The notes below the pieces were generated by a model. It was given only the letters and a program-made list of their open reading frames with translations. It did not search any database and was not told where the DNA came from. Positions 45,201 through 57,875 of a DNA stretch of 64,000 nucleotides are shown here, piece by piece (within the stretch, counting starts at the first letter, position 1; each line of letters opens with the position of its first letter). The translations under genes were made by a program, and so were the position numbers. This DNA comes from Mobula hypostoma. Taxonomy: Eukaryota. Where the stretch lies: the NCBI RefSeq assembly GCF_963921235.1, contig NC_086098.1, forward strand, positions 868,001 to 932,000, given 5' to 3'.

Positions 45201-48200
45201 ATTGTAACAAACTGAAATCCCCATGACGATTGTAACACACTGAAGCCCTCGTGAATATTGTGACACGCTGAAACCCCCGTGACTATTGTAACACACTGAA
45301 ACTCCAGTGAGTATTGTAACATACTGAAAACCCCTTAACTATTGTAACACGCTGATACCCACATCACTATTGTAACACACTGAAACCCCCTGTGACTATT
45401 GTAACACACTGAAACTCCCCTCACTATTGTAACACACTGAAACCCCCGTGGATATTGTAACATACTGAAACCCCCGTGACTGTTGTAACACACTGATACC
45501 CACATCACTATTGTAACACACTGAAACCCCCTGTGACTATTGTGACACGCTGAAACCCCCTGTGACTATTGTGACACGCTGAAACCCCCGTGACTATTGT
45601 AACACACTGAAACCCCAGTGAATATTGTAACACACTGAAACCCCCGTGACTATTGTAACACACTGAAACCCCCGTGACTATTGTAACACACTGAAACCCC
45701 CGTGACTATTGTAACATACTGAAACCCCCGTGACTATTGTAACACACTGAAACCCGCATCACTATTGTAACACACTGAAACCCCCGTGGCTATTGTAAAA
45801 CACTGAAACCTCCGTTAATATTGTAACACACTGAAACCCCAGAGACTATTGTAACACGCTGAAACCCCCTTGAATATTGTAACACACTGAAACCCGCATC
45901 ACTATTGTAACACTCTGAAATCCCCTGTGACTATTGTAACACACTGAAACTCCCATCACTATTGCAACACACTGACCCGTGGCTATTGTAACACACTGAA
46001 ACCCCCTGTGAATATAGCAACACACTGAAACTCGCATCACTATTGTAACACACTGAAACCCCCGTAGCTATTGTAAAACACTGAAACCCCCGTGACTATT
46101 GTAACATACTGTAAGCCCCGTGAATACTGTAACACACTGAAACACCCGTGACTATTGTAACACATTGAAAGCCCCGTGAATATTGTAACACGCTGAAACC
46201 CCCGTGACCATTGTAACACACTGAAACCCCCGTGACTATTGTAACGCACTGAAACCCCCGTGACTATTGTAACGCACTGAAACCCCCGTGACTATTGTAA
46301 CACACTGAAACGCTCGAGAATATTGTAACGCACTGAAACCCCCGTGACTATTCTAACAAACTGAAATCCCCGTGAGTGTTATAACACACTGAAACCCCCG
46401 TGAATATTGTGACACGCTGAAAGCCCCGTGACTATTGTAACACGGTGAAACCCCTATCACTATTGTAAAACACTGAAACGCCCTGTGACTATTGTAACCC
46501 ACTGAAACCCCCGTGGCTATTGTAACACACTGAAACCCCCGTGACTATTGTAACACACTGAAACTCCAGTGAGTATTGTAACATACTGAAAACCCCTGTG
46601 ACCATTGTCAAACACTGAAACCCCTATCACTATTGTAAAACACTGAAACGCCCTGTAACTATTGTAACCCACTGAAACCCCCGTGGCTATTCTAACACAC
46701 TGAAACCCCCGTGACTATTGTAACACACTGATACCCACATCACTATTGTAACACACTGAAACCCCCTGTGACTATTGTAACACACTGAAACTCCCATCAC
46801 TATTGTAACACAGTGAAACCCCCATGACGATTGTAACACACTGAAGCCCTCGTGAATATTGTGACACGCTGATACCCCCATCACTATTGTAACACACTGA
46901 AACCCCCTGTGACTATTGTAACACACTAAAACTCCCCTCACTATTGTAACCCACTGAAACCCCCGTGGATATTGTAACACACTGAAACCCCTGTGACCAT
47001 TGTCAAACACTGCCCTATCACTATTGTAAAACACTGAAACGCCCTGTGACTATTGTAACACACTGAAAACCCCGTGACTGTTGGAACACACTGAAAACCC
47101 CATCACTATTGTAACACACTGAAACACCCGTGACTGTTGTAACACACTGAAACCCCCCTGACTATTGTAACACGCTGAAATCCTCATGCGTACTGCAACA
47201 CGTTGAAACCCACATGATTATTATAACACACTGAAACCCCCGTGACTATTGTAACACACTGAAACCCCCGTGAATACTGTGACATACAGAAACCCCCGTG
47301 AATACTGTAACATACTGAAACCCTCATGACTATTGTAACACACTGAATCCCCCGTGAATATTGTAACACACTGAAACCCCCATCACTATTGTATCACACT
47401 GAAACCCCCTGTGACTATTGTAACACATTGAAACCCCCGTGAATATTGTAACACACTGAAACCCCCGTGACTATTGTAACACGCTGAAACCCCAGTGACT
47501 ATTGTAAAACGCTGAAACCTCCTGTGACTATTGTAACACGCTGAAACCCCCGTGATTATTGTAACATACTGAAACCCCGTGAATACTGTAACACACTGAA
47601 ACCCCCGTGACTATTGTAACACATTGAAAGCCCCGTGAATATTGTAACACACTGAAACCCCCGTGACCATTGTAACACACTGAAAGCCCCGTGACTATTG
47701 TAACGCACTGAAACCCCCGTGACTATTGTAACACACTGAAACGCTCGAGAATATTGTAACGCACTGAAACCCCCGTGACTATTGTAACAAACTGAAATCC
47801 CCGTGAGTGTTATAACACACTGAAACCCACGTGAATATTGTGACACTCTGAAACCCCCGTGACTATTGTAACATGCTGAAACCCCCGTGAATATTGTAAC
47901 ACACTGAAACCACTGTGAATATTGTAACACACTGAAACCCGCGTGACTATTGTAACACACTGAAAGCCCCGTATATATTCTAACACACTGAAACCCCCAT
48001 GACTATTGTAACACACTGAAATCCTGGTGACTATTGTAACATACTGAAACCCCCGTGACTGTTGTAACACACTGAAACCACCGTGAATATTGTAACACAC
48101 TGAAACCCGCGTGACTATTGTAACACACTGAAAGCCCCGTATATATTCTAACACACTGAAACCCCCATGACTATTGTAACACACTGATATCCCGGTGACT

Positions 48201-51200
48201 GTTGTAACACACTGAAATCCCGGTGACTGTTTTAACACACTGAAACCCCCATCACTATTGTGACACGCTGAATCCCCCGTGACTATTGTAACATGCTGAA
48301 AACCCCGTGAATATTGTAACACACTGAAACCCCTGTTACCATTGTCAAACACTGAAACCCCTATCACTATTGTAAAACACTGAAATGCCCTGTGACTATT
48401 GTAACCCACTGAAACCCCCGTGGCTATTGTAACACACTGAAACCCCCGTGACTATTGTAACACACTGAAACTCCAGTGAGTATTGTAACATACTGAAAAC
48501 CCCTTGACTATTGTAACACACTGATACCCACATCACTATTGTAACACACTGAAACCCCCTGTGACTATTGTAACACACTGAAACTCCCATCACTATTGTA
48601 ACACACTGAAACCCCCATGACGATTGTAACATACTGAAACCCCCGTAACTGTTGTAACACACTAAAATCCCCATGACTGTTGTAACACACTGAAACCCCC
48701 GTGAATATTATGACACGCTGAAACCCCCTTGACTATTGTAACACGCTGAAACCCCCGTGAATATTGTAACACACTGAAACCCCTGTGACCATTGTCAAAC
48801 ACTGAAACCCCTATCACTATTGTAAAACACTGAAACGCCCTGTGACTATTGTAACCCACTGAAACCCCCGTGGCTATTGTAACACACTGAAAACCCCGTG
48901 ACAATAGTAACACACTGAAACCCCCCTGAATATTGTAACAGACTGAAACCCCCATGACAATTGTAACACACTGAAACCCCTGTGACTGTTGTAACACACT
49001 GAAACCCCCGTGAATATTGTAACACACTGAAACCCCCGTGGCTATTGTAACACGCTGAAACACCCGTTAGTATTGTAACACACTGAAACCCCGTGACTAT
49101 TGTAACACGCTGAAACACCCCTTGAATATTGTAACACACTGAAACGCTCGAGAATATTATAACACACTGAAACCCCCGTGACTATTGTAACGAACTGAAA
49201 TCCCCGTGAGTGTTATAACACACTGAAACCCCCGTGAATATTGTGACACTCTGAAACCCCCGTGACTATTGTAACACACTGAAACCACCGTGAATATTGT
49301 AACACACTGAAAGCCCCGTATATATTCTAACACACTGAAATCCCGGTGACCATTGTAACATACTCAAAACCCCGTGACTGTTGGAACACACTGAAACCCC
49401 CATCACTATTGTAACACACTGAAACACCCGTGACTGTTTTAACACACTGAAACCCCCCTGACTATTGTAACACGCTGAAATCCTCATGCGTACTGTAACA
49501 CGTTGAAACCCACATGAATATTGTAACACACTGAAACCCCCGTGACTATTGTAACACACTGAAACTCCCGTGAATACTGTGACATACAGAAACCCCCGTG
49601 AATACTGTAACATACTGAAACCCTCATGACTATTGTAACACACTGAATCCCCCGTGAATATTGTAACACACTGAAACCCCCATCACTATTGTATCACACT
49701 GAAACCCCCTGTGACTATTGTAACACATTGAAACCCCCGTGAATATTGTAACACACTGAAACCCCCGTGACTATTGTAACACGCTGAAACCCCAGAGACT
49801 ATTGTAACACGCTGAAACCCCCGTGACTATTGTAAAACGCTGAAACCTCCTGTGACTATTGTAACACGCTGAAACCCCCGTGACTATTGTAACACATTGA
49901 AAACCCCGTGAATATTGTAACACACTGAAACCCCCGTGACCATTGTAACACACTGAAAGCCCCGTGACTATTGTAACGCACTGAAACCCCCGTGACTATT
50001 GTAACACACTGAAACGCTCGAGAATATTGTAACGCACTGAAACCCCCGTGACTATTGTAACACACTGAAAGCCCCGTATATATTCTAACACACTGAAACC
50101 CCCATGACTATTGTAACACACTGAAATCCTGGTGACTATTGTAACATACTGAAACCCCCGTGACTGTTGTAACACACTGAAACCACCGTGAATATTGTAA
50201 CACACTGAAACCCGCGTGACTATTGTAACACACTGAAAGCCCCGTATATATTCTAACACACTGAAACCCCCATGACTATTGTAACACACTGAAATCCCGG
50301 TGACTATTGTAACATACTGAAACCCCCGTGACTGTTTTAACACACTGAAACCCCCATCACTATTGTGACACGCTGAATCCCCCGTGACTATTGTAACACT
50401 CTGAAAACCCCGTGAATATTGTAACACACTGAAACCCCTGTGACCATTGTCAAACACTGAAACCCCTATCACTATTGTAAAACACTGAAACGCCCTGTGA
50501 CTATTGTAACCCACTGAAACCCCCGTGGCTATTGTAACACACTGAAACCCCCGTGACTATTGTAACACACTGAAACTCCAGTGAGTATTGTAACATACTG
50601 AAAACCCCTTGACTATTGTAACACATTGATACCCACATCACTATTGTAACACACTGAAACCCCCTGTGACTATTGTAACACACTGAAACTCCCATCACTA
50701 TTGTAACACACTGAAACCCCCGTGACGATTGTAACACACTGAAGCCCTCGTGAATATTGTGACACGCTGAAACCCCCGTGACTATTGTAACACACTGAAA
50801 CTCCAGTGAGTATTGTAACATACTGAAAACCCCTTGACTATTGTAACACACTGATACCCACATCACTATTGTAACACACTGAAACCCCCTGTGACTATTG
50901 TAACACACTGAAACTCCCATCACTATTGTAACACACTGAAACCCCTGTGGATTTTGTAACACACTGAAACCCCCGTGAATATTGTAACACGCTGAAACCC
51001 CCGTGGCTATTGTAACACACTGAAACCCCCGAGAATATTCTAACACACTGAAACCCCCATGACTATTGTAACACACTGAAACCCCCGTGAATATTCTAAC
51101 ACACTGAAACCCCCTGTGACTATTGTAACACACTGAAACTCCCATCACTATTGTAACACACTGAAACCCCCATGACGATTGTAACACACTGAAGCCCTCG

Positions 51201-52896
51201 TGAATATTGTGACACGCTGAAACCCCCGTGACTATTGTAACACACTGAAACTCCAGTGAGTATTGTAACATACTGAAAACCCCTTGACTATTGTAACACA
51301 CTGATACCCACATCACTATTGTAACACACTGAAACCCCCTGTGACCTTTGTAACACACTGAAACTCCCATCACTATTGTAACACACTGAAACCCCTGTGG
51401 ATATTGTAACACACTGAAATCCCCGTGAATATTGTAACACACTGAAACCCCCGTGAATATTCTAACACACTGAAACCCCCTGTGACTATTGTAACACACT
51501 GATACCCACATCACTATTGTAACACACTGAAACCCCCTGTGACTATTGTAACACACTGAAACTCCCATTACTATTGTAACACACTGAAACCCCTGTGGAT
51601 ATTGTAACACACTGAAACCCCCGTGAATATTGTAACACACTGAAACCCCCGTGGCTATTGTAACACACTGAAACCCCCGAGAATATTCTAACACACTGAA
51701 ACCCCCATGACTATTGTAACACACTGAAACCACCATGAATATTCTAACACACTGAAACCCCCATGACTATTGTAACACGCAGAAATCTCCGTGACTATTG
51801 TAACACGCTGAAACCCCCGTGAATGTTGTAACGCGCTAAAACCCACGTAAATATTGTAACACACTGAAACACCCATGCCTATTGTAACATGCTAAAACCC
51901 CCGTGACTATTGTAACATGCTGAAACCCCCGTGAATATTGTAACACACTGAAACCCCCGTGAGTATTGTAACACACTAAAACCCCGTAACTATTGTAACA
52001 TGCTGAAACACCCCTTGAATATTGTAACACACTGAAACGCTCGAGAATATTATAACACACTGAAAGCCCCGCGACTATTGTAACAAACTGAAATCCCCGT
52101 GAGTGTTATAACACACTGAAACCCCCGTGAATATTGTAACACGCTGAAACCCCTGTGAATATTTTAACACACTGAAACCCCCATGACTATTGTAACACAC
52201 TGAAACCACCGTGAATATTGTAACACACTGTAATCCCGGTGACTATTGTAACATACTCAAAACCCCGTGACTGTTGTAACACACTGAAACCCCCATCACT
52301 ATTGTAACACATTGAAACCCCCATGACGATTGTAACACACTGAAACACCCGTGACAGTTGTAACACACTGAAACCCCCTGACTATTGTAACACGCTGAAA
52401 CCCCCATGCGTACTGTAACACGTTGAAACCCACATGAATATTGTAACACACTGAAACCCCCGTGACTATTGTAACACACTGAAACCCCTGTGAATACTGT
52501 GACATACAGAAACCCCCGTGAATACTGTAACATACTGAAACCCTCATGACTATTGTAACACACTGAATCCCCTGTGAATATTGTAACACACTGAAACCCC
52601 CATCACTATTGTATCACACTGAAACCCCCTGTGACTATTGTAACACACTGAAACCCCCATCACGATTGTAACACACTGAAACCCCCTTGGCTATTGTAAC
52701 ACACTGAAACCCCCTGAGACTATTGTAACACACTGAAAATCCCATCACTATTGTAACACATTGAAACCCCCATGGCAATTGTAAAACACTGAAACCTCCG
52801 TGAATATTGTAGCACACTGAAACCCCAGTGACTATTGTAACACATTGAAACCCCCGTGAATATTGTAACACACTGAAACCCGCATCACTATTGTAA
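258..52896. repeat. 28-bp tandem satellite/minisatellite array, main block (~1,880 units by length/28), consensus gtgactattgtaacacactgaaaccccc
   Basis: Continuous head-to-tail repeats in one orientation with a near-invariant core (att)gtaacacactgaaa. The variable segment is cccccgtgac/cccccgtgaa/cccatcac/cccagagac, and some units are about 24-29 bp through indels. Confidence 0.99.
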
Positions 52897-54103
52897 GAAC
52901 CAGTGGATGTGGTATATTTGGATTTTCAAAAGGCTTTTGACAAGGTCCCACACAGGAGATTAGTGTGCAAACTTAAAGCACACGGTATTGGGGGTAAGGT
53001 ATTGGTGTGGGTGGAGAATTGTTAGCAGACAGGAAGCAAAGAGTGGGAATAAACGGGACCTTTTCAGAATGGCAGGCAGTGACTAGTGGGGTACCGCAAG
53101 GCTCAGTGCTGAGACCCCAGTTGTTTACAATATATATTAATGACTTGGATGAGGGAATTAAATGCAGCATCTCCAAGTTTGCGGATGACACAAAGCTGGG
53201 TGGCAGTGTTAGCAGTGAGGAGGATGCTAAGAGGATGCAGGGTGACTTGGATAGGTTGGGTGAGTGGGCAAACTCATGGCAGATGCAAATTAATGTGGAT
53301 AAATGTGAAGTTATCCACTTTGGTGGCAAAAATAGGAAAACAGATTATTATCTGAATGGTGGCTGATTAGGAAAAGGGGAGGTGCAACGAGACCTGGGTG
53401 TCATTATACACCAGTCATTGAAAGTGGGCATGCAGGTACAGCAGGCGGTGAACAAGGCGCATGGTATGCTGGCATTTATAGCGAGTGGATTCGAGTACAG
53501 GAGCAGGGAGGTACTACTGCAGTTGTACAAGGCCTTGGTGAGACCACACCTGGAGTATTGTGTGCAGTTTTGGTCCCCTAATCTGAGGAAAGACATCTTT
53601 GCCATAGAGGGAGTACAAAGAAGGTTCACCAGATTGATTCCTGGGATGGCAGGACTTTCATATGAAGAAAGAGTGGATGAACTGGGCTTGTACTCGTTGG
53701 AATTTAGAAGATTGAAGGGGGATCTGATTGAAACGTATAAGATCCTAAAGCGATTGGACAGGCTAGATGCAGGAAGATTGTTCCCAATGTTGGGGAAGTC
53801 CAGAACGAGGGGTCACAGTTTGAGGATAGAGGGGAAGCCTTTTAGGACTGAGATTAGGAAAAACTTCTTCACACAGAGAGTGGTGAATCTGTGGAATTCT
53901 CTGCCACAGCAAACTGTTGAGGCCAGTTCATTGGCTATGTTTAAGAGGGAGTTAGATATGGCCCTTGTGGCTACAGGGGTCAGGGGGTATGGAGGGAAGG
54001 CTGGGTTCTGAGTTGGATGATCAGCCATGATCATAATAAATGGCGGTGCAGGCTCGAAGGGCCGAATGGCCTACTCCTGCACCTATTTTCTATGTTTCTA
54101 TGT
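52897..54103 (+). mobile_element. 5'-truncated CR1 LINE (RT domain, C-terminus, 3' UTR) inserted in the satellite
   Basis: Begins EPVDVVYLDFQKAFDKVPH. ORFs 53007-53366 (SGVPQGSVL, KFADDTKL) and 53382-54011 (LVRPHLEYCVQFW, FFTQRVVNLWNSLP) are broken by a frameshift near 53010 and a TGA at 53364-53366. It has a 3' hairpin (gcagg...ggccgaatggcc...cctgc) and a (tttctatg)2 tail. Confidence 0.96.
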
Positions 54104-55896
54104 AACACACTGAAACACCCCGTGACTATTGTAACACACTGAAACTCCCATCACTATTGTAACACACTGAAACCCCCGTGGCTATTGTAATACACTGAAA
54201 CCCCCATCACTATTGTAACACACTGAAACCCCAGTGACTATTGTAACACATTGAAACCCCCGTGACTGTCGTAACACACTGAAACCCCGTGACTATTGTA
54301 ACACACTGAATCCCCCATCAATATTGTAACACACTGAAACCCCCGTGAATATTGTAACTCACTGAAATCCCTTGAATATTGAAACACACTGAAACACCCT
54401 TGAATATTGTAACACACTGAAACCCGCATCACTATTGCAACACACTGAAAGCCCCGTTAATATTGTAACGCACTGAAACCCCCGTAACTGTCGTAACATA
54501 CTGAAAACCCGGTGAATATTGTAACACACTGAAACCCGCATCACTATTGTAACACACTGAAACCCCCTGAGACTATTGTAACACACTGAAACTCCCATCA
54601 CTATTGTAACACACTGAAACCCCATGGCTATTATAGCACACTGAAACCCCCGTGGCTATTGTAAAACACTGAAACCCCCGTGAATATTGTAACACACTGA
54701 AACCCCCGTGACTACTGTAACACACTGAAACCCATGTGACTATTGAAACACGCTGAAACACCCGTGACTATTGTAAGACGCTGAAACCCCCGTGATTATT
54801 GCAACATACTGTAACCCCAGTGACTATTGAAACACACTTAAACACCCGTGAATATTGTAACACACTGAAACCCGCATCACTATTGTAACGCACTGAAACC
54901 CCCATCACTATTGTAACACACTGAAACCCCCGTGAGTATTGTAACTCACTGAAATCCCTTGACTATTGAAACACGCTGAAACACCCGTGACTATTGTAAG
55001 ACGCTGAAACCCCCGTGATTATTGCAACATACTGTAACCCCAGTGACTATTGAAACACACTGAAACCCCCGTGAATATTGTAACACACTGAATCCCCCAT
55101 CACTATTGTAACACACTGAAACCCCCATCACTATTGTAACACACTGAAACCCCCGTGAGTATTGTAACTCACTGAAATCCCTTGACTATTGAAACACACT
55201 GAAACACCCGTGAATATTGTAACACACTGAAACCCTCGTGACTATTGTAACACACGGAAAGCCCCGTGAATATTGTAACACACTTAAACCCCCGTGACTA
55301 TTGTAACACGCTGAAATCCCGTGACTGTTGTAACACCCTGAAACTCCCATCACTATTGTAGCACACTGAAACCCCCGTGAATATTGTAAATCTCTGAAAC
55401 CTCCGTCACTATTATAACACACTGAAACCCTCGTGAATATTGTAACACACTGAAACCCCCGTGACTATTGTACCACACTGAAACCTCCGTGAATATTGTA
55501 ACACACTGAAACCCCCATCACTATTGTAACACACTGAAACCCCCTGTGACTATTGTAACACACTGAAACCCCCATCACTATTGTAACACACTGAAACTCC
55601 TGTGACTATTGTAACACACTGAAACCCCCATCACTATTGTAACACACTGAAACCCCTGTGACTGTTGTAACACACTGAAACCCCCATGACTATTGTAACA
55701 CACTGAAACCCCCATCACTATTGTAACACACTGAATCTCCAGTGACTGTTGTAACACACTGAAACCCCCATCACTATTGTAACACACTGAAACCCCCATG
55801 ACTATTGTAACATAGTGAAATCCCCCATGACTGTTGTAATATAGTGAAACCCCCGTGACTATTGTAACACACTGAAACCCCCATTACTGTTGTAAC
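54104..55896. repeat. 28-bp satellite, distal and more degenerate block (~64 units)
   Basis: Same unit and orientation as the main array, with more private substitutions such as tgaaacacgc, gtaagacgc, gtaactcac and gtaaatctc. Confidence 0.97.
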
Positions 55897-57418
55897 CATA
55901 GAAACCATAGAAACTACAGCACAGAAACAGGCCTTTTGGCCCTTCTTGGCTGTGCCGAACCATTTTCTGCCTAGTCCCACTGACCTGCACACGGACCATA
56001 TCCCTCCAGACACCTCCCATCCATGTATCTGTCCAATTTATTCTTAAATGTTTCAAAAGAACCCGCATTTACCACCTCGTCTGGCAGCTCATTCCATTCT
56101 CCCAGCACTCTCTGTGTGAAGAAGCCCCCTCTAATGTTCCCTTTAAACTTTCCCCGCCTTTACTTAACCCATGTCCTCTGGTTTTTTTCTCCTCTTGCCT
56201 CAGTGGAAAAAGCCTGCTTGCATTCACTCTATCTATACCCATTATAATTTTATATACCTCTATCAAATCTCCCCTCATTCTTCTACGCTCCAGGGAATAA
56301 AGTCCTAACCTATTCAACCTTTCTCTGTAACTGAGTTTCTCAAGTCCCGGCAACATCCTTGTAAACCTTCTCTGCACTCTTTCAAGCTTATTTATATCCT
56401 TCCTGTAATTTGGTGACCAAAACTGAATACAATACTCCAGATTCGGCCTCACCAATGCCTTATACAACCTCATCATAACATTCCAGCTCTTATACTCAAT
56501 AGTTCGACTAATAAAGGCCAATGTACCAAAAGCTCTCTTTACGACCCTATCTACCTGTGATGACACTTTTAGGGAATTTTGTATCTGTATTCCCAGATCC
56601 CTCTGTTCCACTGCACTCCTCAGTGCCTTACCATTAACCCTGTATGTTCTACCTTGGTTTGTCCTTCCAACGTGCAATACCTCACACTTGTCTGTATTAA
56701 ACTCCATCTGCCATTTTTCAGCCCATTTTTCCAGCTGGTCCAAGTCCCTGTGCAGGCTCTGAAAACCTTCCTCACTGTCTACTACATCTCCAATCTTTGT
56801 ATCATCAGCAAACTTGCTGATCCAATTTACCACATTATCTTTCAGATCATTGATATCGATGACAAATAACAATGGACCCAGCACTGATCCCTGTGGCACA
56901 CCACTAGTCACAGGCCTCCACTCTGAGAAGCAATTCTCTACCACCTCTCTCTGGCTTCTTCCATTGAGCTAATGTCTAATCCAATTTACCACCTCTCCAT
57001 GTATACCTAGCGACTGAATTTTCCTAACTAACCTCCCATATGGGACCTTGTCAAAGGCCTTACTGAAGTCCATGTAGACAATATCCACTGCCTTCCCTTC
57101 ATCCACTTTCCTGGTAACCTCCTCGAAAAACTCCAACAGATTGGTCAAACATGACGTACCACGCAGAAAGCCATGTTGACTCTCCCTAATAAGCCCCTGT
57201 CTATCCAAATGCTTGTAGATTCTGTCTCTTAGTACTCCCTCCAATAACTTACCTACTACTGACATTAAACTCACCGGCCTATAATTTCCTGGATTACTTT
57301 TCGATCCTTTTTTAAACAACGGAACAACATGAGCCACTCTCCAATCTTCCGGCACTTCACCCGTAGACAGCGACATTTTAAATATTTCTGCCAGGGCCCC
57401 CGCAATTTCAACACTAGT
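55895..57418 (-). mobile_element. 5'-truncated CR1 LINE (RT domain and 3' end) abutting the right end of the satellite
   Basis: Minus-strand ORFs contain PEDWRVAHVVPLFKKG, NYRPVSL, YMDFSKAFDKV, SGVPQGSVLGP, KFADDTKI and LVRPNLEYC, with a stop/frameshift near 56950-56970. The 9-bp tail repeat reads (aaaccatag)2 on + at about 55894-55914. Confidence 0.95.
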
Positions 57419-57472
57419 GCTAGAGAAGGGCCTGTATTGTGCTGCAGGTTTTCTATGTTGCTGTGTTTCTAC
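57419..57472 (+). mobile_element. Short remnant of a CR1-type (or CR1-tailed SINE) 3' end
   Basis: gaagggcctgtattgtgctgcaggttttctatgttgctgtgtttcta resembles the 3' terminal hairpin plus ttctatg tail of the neighbouring CR1 copies. Confidence 0.5.
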
Positions 57473-57489
57473 TTCATCTACAGCATTAT

Positions 57490-57875
57490 TATCTGCCTTT
57501 CCTTTGATATTTTTTGCATATAAATATACGCAGCTTATGCTCAACGTTTTGATTCCTGTCTTTGTCTGGGGTCTTACCAACATCTGCCTCCAAAAACTCT
57601 CCCCTAACTGTTCAGGCACTCTGGTTCCCTTCACCCTGTAAGTCTAGTTTAAGCCCTACCATGCATCATTGACAAACCTTCCTGCTAGGATATTAGTCCC
57701 CCTCAGTTCAGGTACAAACTGTCTCTTCTGTACAGGTCCCACCTTTACTAGAAGAGAGCCCAATGATTCAAAAATCTTATGTTCTGCTTCTTGTACCAAC
57801 TCCTTAGCCACATATTGAATTATATGATCTTCCTAAATTCTAGCCTCCCATGCAGGATCTTATCAATGTCTTCCT
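57490..57875 (-). mobile_element. Decayed CR1 fragment: end of ORF1 (esterase-like) and start of ORF2 endonuclease
   Basis: SCVYLYAKNIKGKAD resembles the EN N-terminal C.Y.NARSI.GKADEL. The upstream part reads like the ORF1 end (GTNILAGRFV...GLKLD). Confidence 0.65.

Noticed and set aside
52973..54034. Minus-strand ORFs over the CR1 insertion, and similar antisense ORFs at 56-63 kb
   Set aside because: These are antisense frames of CR1 ORF2/ORF1 with no independent coding evidence.
1001..55799. Numerous minus-strand Cys/His-containing ORFs with a 28-aa period, suggesting C2H2/PRDM9-like zinc-finger arrays
   Set aside because: The 28-aa period is simply three 28-bp units read through the three frames. 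There is no C-x2-C...H-x3-H spacing or TGEKP linker, stops are frequent, and most starts are alternative codons.
258..55896. CRISPR array (28-bp repeats)
   Set aside because: Units are head-to-tail with no unique spacers, there are no cas genes, and the context is vertebrate retroelements.
258..55896. Canonical G-quadruplex or telomeric repeat array
   Set aside because: G5 runs are separated by about 23-nt loops and there are no TTAGGG repeats.
52897..57418. RT genes next to a repeat array as a retron, DGR or RT-CRISPR-like system, or an active LINE
   Set aside because: The RTs are ordinary CR1 ORF2 fragments that are 5'-truncated with stops and frameshifts and typical CR1 tails. They are insertions, not functional partners.
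57490..57560. EN N-terminus (…KGKAD) as the direct continuation of the element at 1-290
   Set aside because: The intervening EN sequence is missing, other insertions lie between them, and subfamily identity cannot be shown by eye.
56969..57634. 221-aa ORF as a single protein
   Set aside because: It is a chance in-frame chimera of an EN N-terminal remnant, an antisense tail remnant and the RT fragment of another copy.
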